Source: a virus
IMG/VR virus record: IMGVR_UViG_3300020214_000005
Span: 33,936-97,935 of that record
Strand: one strand, 5' to 3'
Length of the DNA stretch: 64,000 bases
The first letter of the stretch is position 1; each line of letters opens with the position of its first letter. This document shows, piece by piece, positions 1-8,636 of the stretch. The position numbers and the translations under genes were made by a program. The notes beneath the pieces were generated by a model, which worked only from the letters and a program-made list of their open reading frames with translations, was not told where the DNA came from and searched no databases.

Positions 1-32
1 ACCGGTCGCGACGCACGCGCGACGAAACCAGC

Positions 33-93
33 GAAGACGGGACCGGGGAGCGCCGCGTCCCCCGAAGACGGGACCGGGGAGCGCCGCGTCCCC
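33..93. repeat. Two tandem copies of a 31-bp unit (GAAGACGGGACCGGGGAGCGCCGCGTCCCC)
   Basis: Direct repeat read at 33-63 and 64-93. Confidence 0.9.
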
Positions 94-281
94 GGGATGT
101 CAGTCGACGTGCGAAAAACGCCCAGGTTACGATCGACTCGGCGCGCGCCGTTCCGGAGTCCAGCGGGAGTGCGCGGAAGAAAGAAACCGTCGGGACCGCG
201 GAACGGGGCGCGCCGCGCGCGCTTGCCTTGGTATCCCGACGGTGGCGGAAGAGCCGGTGGCCGCCGGGGCGGCCCGGGGGG

Positions 282-707
282 TCAGAGGTACTTCGCCACC
301 GAGTTGTAGGTGCTCGCGCTCACCGTCTGATCGTCCGTGAGCCTGAGCACCCGGATCGCCTGCGAAATCTCCTCGACCTCCCGCCTGTACTCGTAATCTT
401 GGTAGGTCTCGGGGGCTTCCGGCTCCTCCGGGAGCGACCCGGCGGGCAGCAACACGACCACGTTGAACCCGATCTTGTTCCCGCGCTCCTTCGACCTGTC
501 GTAGTAGGCCAGCCTCGACGCCTCCCCGACCTCGACCTTGCCCGCCCTGACGAGCTTGACGACCGCGCGGTTGTACGCCTCGATCGCCTTGTCGTACTCG
601 GCCTGTTCCCTTCCTCTGTTCTTGTAGCGGGCGTGCCGCTCGGCAAGACCCTTCTCGAGGTGAGAAATGAGAACGCTCGTTTTCACCTTTACCCTCACTG
701 TGGACAT
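282..707 (-). CDS. Hypothetical phage protein (~141 aa)
   Basis: ATG at 707 preceded by AGGGAGG; promoter just upstream; protein-like composition. Confidence 0.75.
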   Translation of the reverse strand: MSTVRVKVKTSVLISHLEKGLAERHARYKNRGREQAEYDKAIEAYNRAVVKLVRAGKVEVGEASRLAYYDRSKERGNKIGFNVVVLLPAGSLPEEPEAPETYQDYEYRREVEEISQAIRVLRLTDDQTVSASTYNSVAKYL

Positions 708-732
708 TGCTGCCTCCCTTTTCCTGCCAACC

Positions 733-787
733 ACGCTACGGACGAACCTAGCACCTTACAACCCACAAGGGTGTGATCCACGTCACG
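733..787 (-). promoter_or_regulatory. Sigma70-type promoter TTGTAA-N17-TAGCGT with an upstream TGTGA-N6-TCACG box
   Basis: -10 at 733-738 and -35 at 756-761 (minus strand); box at 772-787. Confidence 0.7.
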
Positions 788-933
788 CGGCGGGCCGGGG
801 GCGGCCGGGGCGGGTTGCGCGCGGGGCGCTCAGCTCCGGAGTCCAGCGCGTCGGGGCGCGGCGGCGACCGGGGGCGGGACCGCGGATTTGCCGCGGGACG
901 GCACGGCCGTACGCCGGTGGCCGCCGGGGCGCG

Positions 934-1161
934 CTATTGCTCCGGGTCCCCCAGCGCGAACTGCTCGAGGGCCGCCATCGGGTTGAGGCCCTCGGTGAAG
1001 GCGAGTTGCTCCCAGTCGACCTGCGCGTCCCCGGGCGAGTACCCGCCCCCGCGGATCGAGTCGAGCATCCCCCGGTAATAGTGGATCGCCCGCTCCAACT
1101 CGTGGGCGAGGTCCTCCAGGTCCTCCTGTTGCTTCTCGGAGAGAGGGTTGTCGTTTTCCAT
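934..1161 (-). CDS. Small acidic hypothetical protein, probably leaderless
   Basis: ATG lies 7 nt after TAGCGT of a TTGCAA-N17-TAGCGT promoter (1169-1197). Confidence 0.7.
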   Translation of the reverse strand: MENDNPLSEKQQEDLEDLAHELERAIHYYRGMLDSIRGGGYSPGDAQVDWEQLAFTEGLNPMAALEQFALGDPEQ

Positions 1162-1382
1162 GCCCCGAACGCTATCGCCACTTCTTGCGAGTTGCAACCA
1201 ACAAGATGCGGCCCTCGGGTAGATCCGCGCCGCGCACGCGGCGGCGACCCGCGGCGCGCTCCGGAGTCCAGCGCGTCGCGCGCGTCCCCGCGGAGGGTTG
1301 CGGCGCCCGTCACGGGTCGTCGGGACCGCGGAACGAAACGCGCCGCGGGGGGCTTGCGGGTGCGACGGTGGCGGATGGGCCG

Positions 1383-1880
1383 CTAGCCCATCGAGTGGAC
1401 GATGTCCAGGATCCGCGACTCAATCGCGTCGCGGAGGTCGCCGCGACCGTCGGTCTCGACGAGCGGGTCGCCCGGGTCGTCGGCGAAACGCATCACGGAG
1501 GTCATCCGGTCCAGGCCCTCGATCACGATGCTCAGCCTGACCTTCCGCCTCCCGGGGTGGTCGGCCGGGGCGGTGTCGGGCAGGTCGCCAGGGGCGGCCC
1601 AGCCGTGGGACACCAGGACGAGGGCGCAGCCCGCGCGGACGGCCTGGGCGAAGTCGGGGTGCTCGATCCCCGCGTATGGGTCGGGCGCGCAGCCGTCGTA
1701 CGCGATGCCGCCCTCGAGTGCCCTGTACAAATGGAAGAAGCCGGACTGCCTGTCGGGCTCGACGCCGGCCTCGCGCATCTGGGCGAGGAGTGCCTCCTCG
1801 TGCGCGGGCTCGACCCTGGGCCTGACCACGTCGTGGATGATCGCCTCCACCGCGCGGGCGAAACTCGTGTCGCGCCCCAC
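1383..1880 (-). CDS. Hypothetical protein
   Basis: 165-aa ORF adjacent to the upstream gene; protein-like composition. Confidence 0.65.
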   Translation of the reverse strand: MGRDTSFARAVEAIIHDVVRPRVEPAHEEALLAQMREAGVEPDRQSGFFHLYRALEGGIAYDGCAPDPYAGIEHPDFAQAVRAGCALVLVSHGWAAPGDLPDTAPADHPGRRKVRLSIVIEGLDRMTSVMRFADDPGDPLVETDGRGDLRDAIESRILDIVHSMG

Positions 1881-1881
1881 C

Positions 1882-2289
1882 TCAGGCCCCCACGTGGTGC
1901 AGGCCCGCGAGCTCGTCGAAACGGGCGACGAGGTTGGGGACGTAGAGCCTGACGCGGCCCTGGTCGTGCCCCCACCAGGCGAAAACCTCCACGTTCGGGC
2001 CGTCGTGGCTGTCCCACGCGACCTCGCACCGCGGGCCCCCGCAGGTGCGCAGCACGATCACGGTGGCCCCGTGGTCGTAGCCCCTGACGTCCACCCTCAC
2101 GGAGACGTCCAGGACGGTCTCATTCACCCACAGGGAGAACGGATCCTCGCCGTGGTCGACGAGGTCGTCCATCTCGAGGGACTTCAGCGCGTCGGCCGCC
2201 CCCTCGCCCCCGGACAGGGCCGCGTCCAGGGCGCGGACCTCGTCCGCGATGTGCTGGGCGTACTCCTGGGCCTCGTTCTGTTCGTTCAT
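1882..2289 (-). CDS. Hypothetical phage protein
   Basis: ATG at 2289 with GGAGG SD; downstream of the minus-strand promoter. Confidence 0.7.
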   Translation of the reverse strand: MNEQNEAQEYAQHIADEVRALDAALSGGEGAADALKSLEMDDLVDHGEDPFSLWVNETVLDVSVRVDVRGYDHGATVIVLRTCGGPRCEVAWDSHDGPNVEVFAWWGHDQGRVRLYVPNLVARFDELAGLHHVGA

Positions 2290-2314
2290 AAACCCCTCCA
2301 TTCCTAGGCCAGGA

Positions 2315-2408
2315 ACGCTACCCGGCCGCCTTGTTGGTTGCAACCGTTAAAGGTGTGAAAAACGTCACACACTTAAAGGTTGCAAGGGGCAAGGCGGGCT
2401 CGTAGCGT
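2315..2408. promoter_or_regulatory. Divergent promoter pair (TTGCAA-N17-TAGCGT on each strand) with a central TGTGA-N6-TCACA box
   Basis: Minus strand -10 2315-2320 and -35 2338-2343; box 2354-2369; plus strand -35 2380-2385 and -10 2403-2408. Confidence 0.85.
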
Positions 2409-2414
2409 GGCGGT

Positions 2415-2687
2415 GTGCAAATCTCCACGATCACGGACAGCCTCTCCAGCAGGTACGCGGCGACCGACGAGGTCGCCGTGGCCTGGTGGGACAGGGAATG
2501 GTTCGAGCGGATGCTCGACCAGAAGCTCTCCGACGAGCAGTGGGACGCCGTGCTCCTGGCCGCCGAGAAGGTGCTGGAGTTCTCCAACCTGGGCGACTGG
2601 ATGACGGACGCCGCGGCGGACACCATCTACGAGCTCGAACGGCGGCGGATGACCGACAAGAAACCAAGGAAGAAACGGAGCAAATAG
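2415..2687 (+). CDS. Hypothetical protein, leaderless GTG start
   Basis: Start 6 nt after the -10; first gene of a coupled operon. Confidence 0.7.
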   Translation: MQISTITDSLSSRYAATDEVAVAWWDREWFERMLDQKLSDEQWDAVLLAAEKVLEFSNLGDWMTDAAADTIYELERRRMTDKKPRKKRSK

Positions 2688-2688
2688 A

Positions 2689-2952
2689 ATGACCAGGAAG
2701 CGCAAGACCACCTACTACGTGTACCACGCGGGAACGGACACGCTCATCGACGCCGCCGACGGAACGTTCGTTTTCAGCGACGAGGACTTCAGCGACGAGG
2801 AGCGAGAGGCACTCGACGACAACCCGTACCTCGCCAAGGACGTGGGCGTGCGGCTCACGACGCTCATCCGCGCCTACGAGAAGCTCTGCGCCGAGGAGGC
2901 CGCCCGGGCGAAGAGGACCAGGAAGAAGAACGGGAAGAAGGGGAGGAAATAA
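2689..2952 (+). CDS. Hypothetical protein
   Basis: 87-aa ORF in tandem; TAATG overlap with the next gene. Confidence 0.7.
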   Translation: MTRKRKTTYYVYHAGTDTLIDAADGTFVFSDEDFSDEEREALDDNPYLAKDVGVRLTTLIRAYEKLCAEEAARAKRTRKKNGKKGRK

Positions 2953-3500
2953 TGGGACTCGACCAATACCTCTACGCGAGGAAGCACATCTCCGGGTACG
3001 AGTTCTACGGCGAGAAGGCCAGGGCGGAGTTCGCCGCGGTGAAGGAGGCGGCCGGGATGTCCGCGGTGAAGGCCGACGGCGGGATCGGCGTCGGCCTCAA
3101 CGGCAGCGTCTCGTTGTGCGTGGCGTACTGGCGCAAGGCCAACGCCATCCACGGATGGTTCGTCAGGGAGTTCGCCCGGGACGGCGTGGACGACTGCCGC
3201 GAGATGTGGATCCCCCGCGAGGGGCTCGTCTCGCTGCGCCACGTCTGCGAGGAACTGCTCGCCGACAGGGACCCGCAGAAGGCCGCGCAACTGCTGCCGC
3301 CCACGGACGGGTTCTTCTTCGGGTCGTACGAGATCGACGACTGGTACTGGGGCGACCTCTCGCACACCGTGTCGCAGATGAACTCGGTCCTGAACGACTG
3401 GTTCTCGGCCGGCCGCAAGCCCGCGGGCCTCAGGATCGAGGCCGAGGAGACGACCGCCCCCCTGGGCGACATCGACTTCTACTACCAGGCGAGCTGGTGA
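2952..3500 (+). CDS. Conserved phage hypothetical protein (MGLDxYL / YWRKANAIHGWF / GFFFG / YYQASW family)
   Basis: Motif set recognised as widespread in phages; function unknown. Confidence 0.75.
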   Translation: MGLDQYLYARKHISGYEFYGEKARAEFAAVKEAAGMSAVKADGGIGVGLNGSVSLCVAYWRKANAIHGWFVREFARDGVDDCREMWIPREGLVSLRHVCEELLADRDPQKAAQLLPPTDGFFFGSYEIDDWYWGDLSHTVSQMNSVLNDWFSAGRKPAGLRIEAEETTAPLGDIDFYYQASW

Positions 3501-3504
3501 CGCG

Positions 3505-3771
3505 ATGGGACGCATCTCGACCGAGGGAATGATCGAGGCCGGCGACGAGCTCGGCCTGCCCAGGCGGCAGCAGCTGCTCTGGCACCTGTCGTCCAACCAC
3601 TACCCCCCGGTCCACCCCAGCTTCGCGGGGACCGCGGAGGAGGCGATACGCCTCGCCGATCTCGGCGAGTGGGACGCCGAGGTGACGATGCCCAACGGCC
3701 TCGTGCGCACCGCGGCGTTCATAGTCGAGGGCCTCCACCTGAAGCCCTTCCTGGCCGGGGAGGAGGACTAG
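3505..3771 (+). CDS. Hypothetical protein
   Basis: 88-aa ORF in operon; HLxxNHYPP motif. Confidence 0.7.
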   Translation: MGRISTEGMIEAGDELGLPRRQQLLWHLSSNHYPPVHPSFAGTAEEAIRLADLGEWDAEVTMPNGLVRTAAFIVEGLHLKPFLAGEED

Positions 3772-3787
3772 CCGTGAGCCGGGGGCG

Positions 3788-3964
3788 TCAGAACCCCTTG
3801 GTCCGGTTCCTCCTCGCGTAGACGAAGTTGTGCAGCGAGCAGCACGGGTTGCGGTTGTACGAGTTCAGGACCACGTCGCAACCGGGCTCGGCGCACGTCC
3901 TGGGGCCGTCGCCGTACTTCCTCCTGTGCCTCCAGTCGCGGTGGTACTTCGCATCGTGTCCCAT
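3788..3964 (-). CDS. 58-aa Cys/His putative zinc-binding protein (not in the ORF track)
   Basis: Hand translation MGHDAKY...RTCAEPGCDVVLNSYNRNPCCSLH...KGF*; TAGGAT shortly upstream. Confidence 0.65.
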   Translation of the reverse strand: MGHDAKYHRDWRHRRKYGDGPRTCAEPGCDVVLNSYNRNPCCSLHNFVYARRNRTKGF

Positions 3965-4039
3965 CAGGCACCCATCCTAGCGGGAAGACGCGCCCGCGCG
4001 CCGTTCCGGAGTCCAGCGCGCCGCGGTAGGATGGTGGTC

Positions 4040-4113
4040 GCCGGCGTAGCCCAACCGGGAGAGGCGCGAGACTTAAAATCTCGAGAGTGAGAGTTCGAAC
4101 CTCTCCGCCGGCA
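4040..4113 (+). tRNA. tRNA-Leu(UAA), short variable loop
   Basis: Acceptor GCCGGCG/CGCCGGC; anticodon arm CGAGA-CTTAAAA-TCTCG; T arm GAGAG-TTCGAAC-CTCTC. Confidence 0.92.
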
Positions 4114-4262
4114 CGACGCGCGCCGTTCCCGAGTCCAGCGCGCCGGGCCGCCGACGGCGGCCGGCCGCTCGGGACCGCGGAGCGGGACGACGGGGAACGG
4201 GACCGCGGAGCCCGCCGCGGGAGCCCCGGGGGGCTCCGTATCCGACGGTGGCGGATGACCCG

Positions 4263-4490
4263 TCACCAATGGCGCCAGGTCCTCCCCCATCTCGGGGACG
4301 TCGAGCGCAGGTAGTCGGCCGCCCCGGGCAGCCTGCCGCCGATCACCTCGGGCAGGACCACGTGCACGAGCAGGTCCACCACCCTCACGAACCTGCACGG
4401 GGAACCGAAGCGCGTCCTGCTCACGGGGAGCAGCTCGTGGCCCCGGGCCAGCAGCAGGCGCGTGCTGACGCGGACGAAGATCCCGATCAC
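4263..4490 (-). CDS. Hypothetical protein
   Basis: GTG start overlaps (GTGA) the stop of an 11-codon leaderless ORF starting at 4522. Confidence 0.45.
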   Translation of the reverse strand: MIGIFVRVSTRLLLARGHELLPVSRTRFGSPCRFVRVVDLLVHVVLPEVIGGRLPGAADYLRSTSPRWGRTWRHW

Positions 4491-4529
4491 GCCCCCGCCG
4501 ATCGCATCCGTTGGTTGTCCATCCCCCGA

Positions 4530-4623
4530 ACGCTACCTGGCCGCCTTGTTGGTTGCAACCCACAAGGCTGTGAAGAATGTCACACACTTAAAGGTTGCAA
4601 GAGGCAAGGTGGGATCGTAGCGT
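4530..4623. promoter_or_regulatory. Second copy of the divergent promoter pair with a central TGTGA-N6-TCACA box
   Basis: Near-duplicate of 2315-2408; box at 4569-4584. Confidence 0.85.
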
Positions 4624-4630
4624 GGTGGCC

Positions 4631-4870
4631 ATGGAAACAAAGTACCCAGACATAAACATCCCGATGGTCGGCGAGGACGGCAACGCCTTCTCGATCCTCG
4701 GCCGCATCAGGCGCATCATGCGACGCGCCAACCTGCCCGACTCCGAGTGGGAGGCGTTCCGCGCCGAGGCGACCTCGGGCGACTACGACAACCTGCTCGC
4801 GACCGTCATGCGATGGTTCGAGGTGGATCGCGACCTGGACGACGACCACGAAGACGAGGACTACGAATGA
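4631..4870 (+). CDS. Conserved small phage protein (GxDGNAF...SGDYDxLL), leaderless
   Basis: ATG 7 nt after the -10; motif recognised from phage hypothetical proteins. Confidence 0.75.
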   Translation: METKYPDINIPMVGEDGNAFSILGRIRRIMRRANLPDSEWEAFRAEATSGDYDNLLATVMRWFEVDRDLDDDHEDEDYE

Positions 4871-5265
4871 GCACGAAGCTCCAGGCCGACTACGAGAAGC
4901 ACGACGCCTACGACCTGGACGAGGGCTGGGCGGCGACCCGCGAGCACGCGGAGAACGCGATCCTCATCGCGTTCGACGGCTGCCACAAGATCTACCTCGC
5001 CATGGACGAGGCCCAGGCGAGGTGGTTCCGGGACAACTACAACGGCCGGGGCTGCGACGACCGCACCTTCGCCGGCTCGCCCGACCAGATGTTCGACCAG
5101 CTCACCGAGTGGTACGAGGATTCCTGCTCGCTGCGGTTCATCCAGGCGGTCTGGAAGAACGAGGACGACCCGAACGCGGGCTTCGTTTCGCTCATCGACC
5201 AGGGCGCGGGCGACCCGAGGGACGAGTACGAGGACGACGAGGACGACGAGGACTACGATGGCTGA
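4867..5265 (+). CDS. Hypothetical protein with acidic tail
   Basis: ATGA overlap with the previous gene. Confidence 0.7.
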   Translation: MSTKLQADYEKHDAYDLDEGWAATREHAENAILIAFDGCHKIYLAMDEAQARWFRDNYNGRGCDDRTFAGSPDQMFDQLTEWYEDSCSLRFIQAVWKNEDDPNAGFVSLIDQGAGDPRDEYEDDEDDEDYDG

Positions 5266-5521
5266 CCCGGTGCTGTACCACGGCACGCCCGTGGCGTTCC
5301 CGAGCCGCACGCGCAAGGTTCACCCCACGCCGACGACGCAGGACACGGGCGGCTACCCGCCGGGTTGGCGCATCGCGCACGCGACCAGCGACATGGCCGA
5401 GGCGCGGCGATACGGCGCGGTCGTCTACGAGGTCGCATTCGACGAGCACACGCAAGAGGGGTACGGCGACACCTGCTACTTCAGCGAGCGCGGGTTCCGC
5501 ATCGTCAGGCGGGTGTCCTAG
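5258..5521 (+). CDS. Small protein with ADP-ribosyltransferase-like motifs
   Basis: LYHGT...ATSD..EARRYG..VYEV resembles minimal ART (Arr-like) domains. Confidence 0.45.
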   Translation: MADPVLYHGTPVAFPSRTRKVHPTPTTQDTGGYPPGWRIAHATSDMAEARRYGAVVYEVAFDEHTQEGYGDTCYFSERGFRIVRRVS

Positions 5522-5914
5522 GTGGGCACCCCGACCCGCGAGGAGTTCCGGGCGTTCCGCGCCCAGCGCCCCGACGCCATGGGCGTGCACGACGACATGA
5601 GGACGGAGTACGGCCCGGTGGGCCCGCTCCTCCCGGCCGTCCACGGCGCCGACGGGAGGCCGACCAAGGAGACCATCGAGGCGTACGAGAAGCTGAGGGG
5701 GGTCTGCGCGAGCCGCTCGGCGGTCGGATCGGTCTGGACCGTGTACGAGGAGACCGCGGATTCCGCGGTCACCCGGAGGGACCGCGTCTATGCGCGCAAC
5801 AAGCTCGAGCTGAACAGCCACAGCGACAGGATAAAGGTCCTCGGATGGGTCGTCACCGCCAAGGCATCGGGCCCGGTGTACCAGGTCTACCTCCTCGACA
5901 GGGACGAGCTCTGA
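5522..5914 (+). CDS. Hypothetical protein
   Basis: ORF in tandem within the operon. Confidence 0.6.
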   Translation: MGTPTREEFRAFRAQRPDAMGVHDDMRTEYGPVGPLLPAVHGADGRPTKETIEAYEKLRGVCASRSAVGSVWTVYEETADSAVTRRDRVYARNKLELNSHSDRIKVLGWVVTAKASGPVYQVYLLDRDEL

Positions 5915-5915
5915 C

Positions 5916-6350
5916 ATGACCGACTCCGACATGATCGACGCCGGGAGGGAGAACGAACTCGCGTCCCTGGTGCGGACCGTCCACGGCGAGAACGCCGTGG
6001 AGTACCTCGTCGGCGCCCTCGCGTCGGTGACGACGGGGCCCCAGCTCGACCACCTGCTCCGCCACCTGGCCGGGGCGATGACGCGGCCCCTCGCGCCGGC
6101 CGAGGCCGAGCGCCTGATCAGGGCGATATTCGACGGGGACCTCGTCGCGGACGACGGGGCGGCGACGACCGACTACCGGATCCGCGTCGCGTTCACCGCG
6201 AGCCGCCCGCTCACCAAGCACGAGATCGACTCCCTCAGGGACTCCATCGCCACCCGGGTCGGGGACCCGAGGTCCTGGCGACGACAGGAGCGCGGGACGT
6301 ACGCCGAACCAGGGTTCGGCGTGAGCGACGTCGCCGTGGACGTGCGATGA
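5916..6350 (+). CDS. Hypothetical protein; C-terminal domain paralogous to 6505-6861
   Basis: VAFTASRPLTKHEIDSL..I..RVGDP. Confidence 0.65.
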   Translation: MTDSDMIDAGRENELASLVRTVHGENAVEYLVGALASVTTGPQLDHLLRHLAGAMTRPLAPAEAERLIRAIFDGDLVADDGAATTDYRIRVAFTASRPLTKHEIDSLRDSIATRVGDPRSWRRQERGTYAEPGFGVSDVAVDVR

Positions 6351-6442
6351 GCAGGGTGACCGACGCGCTCGCCCGCCTGTGGGGGATCGTGACGACCGTC
6401 ACCGAGTGGGTGCTGTCGCTGGTCTGGGAGGGGATCTTCTGA
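6347..6442 (+). CDS. 31-aa hydrophobic microprotein
   Basis: ATGA overlap; MSRVTDALARLWGIVTTVTEWVLSLVWEGIF. Confidence 0.5.
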   Translation: MSRVTDALARLWGIVTTVTEWVLSLVWEGIF

Positions 6443-6469
6443 CGACGGTGGCGGATGTGCCCTTAGGGG

Positions 6470-6498
6470 TTGCAACCGGCCAGGTCGGCCGATAGGAT
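6470..6498 (+). promoter_or_regulatory. Promoter TTGCAA-N17-TAGGAT, leaderless ATG at 6505
   Basis: Same consensus and spacing as the other early promoters. Confidence 0.75.
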
Positions 6499-6504
6499 GT
6501 TCCA

Positions 6505-6861
6505 ATGAGAAGAAAAAAGGAGGCCCCAGTGGCCAAGAAAAACGAGAAGAACAAGAAGAGGCAGCTCTCGAGGCGCGTGAGGGACCTGGAGAACGAGTTC
6601 TCCGCCATCATGCGGGCCCTGCAGACGCACACGCAGCCGATCGTCGAGCACAAGACGCCCAACACGTACGTTGCGACCGTCTCGTTCTCGGCCGACCGCA
6701 AGCTGACGGCCGAGGAGATCGACAGGCTCGCGTTCGCCATCAGCGTGCAGGTGGAGGATCCCTCCGGCCTCGACGACGAGAAGCGCGCCGAGTTCTCCAC
6801 CGCCCAGGTGAGGACGATCATCAAGCGCACGCGCAGGCGACGACGCGCCGTCGGGAAGTAG
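6505..6861 (+). CDS. Basic hypothetical protein
   Basis: ORF follows the promoter; VSFSADRKLTAEEIDRL..I..QVEDP. Confidence 0.7.
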   Translation: MRRKKEAPVAKKNEKNKKRQLSRRVRDLENEFSAIMRALQTHTQPIVEHKTPNTYVATVSFSADRKLTAEEIDRLAFAISVQVEDPSGLDDEKRAEFSTAQVRTIIKRTRRRRRAVGK

Positions 6862-6866
6862 CCGGC

Positions 6867-7382
6867 ATGGGGTACCACATCGAGGCGACGGAGATCTCCG
6901 TGCGCATCAAGACCCAGGACGAGGACGCCGCCTTCAGGGCGATCTGCGCGTTCAACGCCGAGTGCCCGCCCACGATGAAGCGTGGCGGCACCGTGGGCGA
7001 GGACGGCAAGGAGGAGAAGTGGTTCTCGTGGATGCGGGCGGACTTCTCCGAGTACGCCGACCTGCGCGAGGTCCTGCGCGAGATGGGGTTCTCGCTCGAC
7101 GCCTGGGACGGATGGATGGTCCTCACCGGGTGGCACGGCGACAAGCGCGGGCAGGAGGACCTCCTCATGGAGTCGATCGCCCGCTGGGTGGAGCCCGGCT
7201 CGTACGTCAACTGGATCGGCGAGGACTGCGCCCGGTGGCGCTGGGAATTCTCCGACGACAGGCTCTGGGTCCGCGCCGCGACGACGGGGTGGGCCACCGA
7301 GAAGTCGACCCCGACCGAGAACCACATGGCCGGCATCATCCGCGCGGAACGCTTCGCGCGGCTGGCGGCCAGGGAGGCCTGA
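6867..7382 (+). CDS. Hypothetical phage protein
   Basis: 171-aa ORF; WIGED..RWRW motif. Confidence 0.7.
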   Translation: MGYHIEATEISVRIKTQDEDAAFRAICAFNAECPPTMKRGGTVGEDGKEEKWFSWMRADFSEYADLREVLREMGFSLDAWDGWMVLTGWHGDKRGQEDLLMESIARWVEPGSYVNWIGEDCARWRWEFSDDRLWVRAATTGWATEKSTPTENHMAGIIRAERFARLAAREA

Positions 7383-7438
7383 TGTGGACGCTGCAATTTT
7401 TCGCGTTCTGCGCGTTCGTCGTCTGGCTGTGGAGCTGA
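7382..7438 (+). CDS. 18-aa hydrophobic microprotein MWTLQFFAFCAFVVWLWS
   Basis: TGATG coupling; paralog at 14343-14399. Confidence 0.65.
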   Translation: MWTLQFFAFCAFVVWLWS

Positions 7439-7460
7439 CGGTGGCGGATGATAGGGTGAA

Positions 7461-7697
7461 ATGATGGAGAAAACGCTGAACAAGGCAAGGACCTTCACGG
7501 CCGCGGACAAGAGGAAGCACCGCTCGGTCGTCGGAAGGGTGGGGTTCGTCGCGGTGGACGACATCTCGGTGGCCGTCAAGGTCGTCGGGGAACGCTTCAG
7601 GTACGGCAGGCTGGACCTCCAGGTCAAGCCGCTGGCCGGCAGGGGCAGCCGATGGGTCGAGTTCCACAACGTGCACCTCTCGAAGAAAGGGGAATGA
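7461..7697 (+). CDS. Small beta-rich hypothetical protein
   Basis: 78-aa ORF; YGRLD..VKP..G.G..WV. Confidence 0.65.
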   Translation: MMEKTLNKARTFTAADKRKHRSVVGRVGFVAVDDISVAVKVVGERFRYGRLDLQVKPLAGRGSRWVEFHNVHLSKKGE

Positions 7698-7816
7698 TGG
7701 AGTTCTGGATCAACGAAATCGCAATCGCCGCGATCGCCGCCCTGGCGGCGGTGGTCGTGGCGGCGAAGGCCTGCGTGCGCATATTCGCGCGCGGAGAAAA
7801 CGAAAACGACGCGTAG
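7694..7816 (+). CDS. 40-aa single-pass membrane protein
   Basis: ATGA overlap; IAIAAIAALAAVVVAA hydrophobic stretch. Confidence 0.55.
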   Translation: MMEFWINEIAIAAIAALAAVVVAAKACVRIFARGENENDA

Positions 7817-7836
7817 ACCCCCTTCGCGGCCATTTC

Positions 7837-7873
7837 GACCCCGGGTACCGAAAGGCGCCCGGGGTTCTTTTTT
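7837..7873 (+). terminator. Intrinsic terminator
   Basis: GC-rich hairpin with GAAA loop followed by a T-run after the plus-strand operon. Confidence 0.7.
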
Positions 7874-8636
7874 CATACCAAAACGCCCGGGCGCGGGTAC
7901 CTGCAGTCGCTGCGCGGCGCGCTCCTGAGTCCAGCGGGCGCCGCGCGGGGTACCGAAACGGCCGGCCGGCGCCACCCGGGTACCGAAACGCGCGCTCCTG
8001 AGTCCAGCCCCGCGATCCCCCGAAGAAACGACCCCTCGGGACCGCGAAACGGCGCGCGGGCCGGGAAACGAGCCGAAAACGGGACCGGAATTCGCCGCGC
8101 GCGAGTCGCCGGTTGTCCAGGTCTTCCGACGGTGGCGGATGAGGGGCCGGGCCGGGGGCCCTCGTCGCCGACGGTGGCGGATGGACGAGCCGCCGCCCGG
8201 GCAGAAAGGAGAAAAGACCCGGGCGGCGACCCTGATAGCTCGGGAAAGGGGGGTGATCACCGAGCGATGACGATTGTAGCCCGGGACGCCCGTCCCGGCC
8301 GCAACCCCCCGGAGGGCGACCAAGGTCCTTGACGAAGGGGGTCTGGGCGCGCTAGAAACGTCTGAAAAAAGTTAGTCGTGATGCCTCCCCGACCCCGTGG
8401 ACGACGGGACGGTCGGGTCGGTGGGCTGTCGTACTGGAACGACGAAGGCGTCGTTCCGATACGACGACGGACTCCCGCGTTGCGAGGGACGTCCGGTAAG
8501 TACAACTTGTGGTACGTACTCTCTACAAGGGGTCCGCGCGAGGCGTTCGCACGATGCGGTCGGGAGTCTGCCCCGGGGGCGGCCGATCGCCCTTGACCGC
8601 GCGGCCGGGGCGGTGTACGATGTCCGCGTGCAGGGG

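Larger units (their letters stand above)
145..8183 (+). repeat. Dispersed intergenic repeat family: motif A (GAGTCCAGC core) x7, motif B (GGGACCGCG) and motif C (GACGGTGGCGGATG) x7, all in the same orientation
   Basis: A cores at 156, 839, 1264, 4009, 4131, 7927, 8000. C at 238 (one mismatch), 1364, 4244, 6444, 7437, 8128, 8170. B near 192, 877, 1322, 4171, 4199, 8038. Confidence 0.85.

Noticed and set aside
3043-3062. EAAGM in the early 182-aa protein as another linker
   Set aside because: It is a single imperfect match inside a compact conserved protein outside the head module and is likely chance.
145-8183. CRISPR array from the recurring short repeats
   Set aside because: Copies are 9-25 bp, irregularly spaced and separated by whole genes; no cas genes are present.
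8190-8630. Structured ncRNA in the non-coding stretch before the initiator-like gene
   Set aside because: Some inverted repeats are present, but no recognisable family or consistent fold could be supported by eye.
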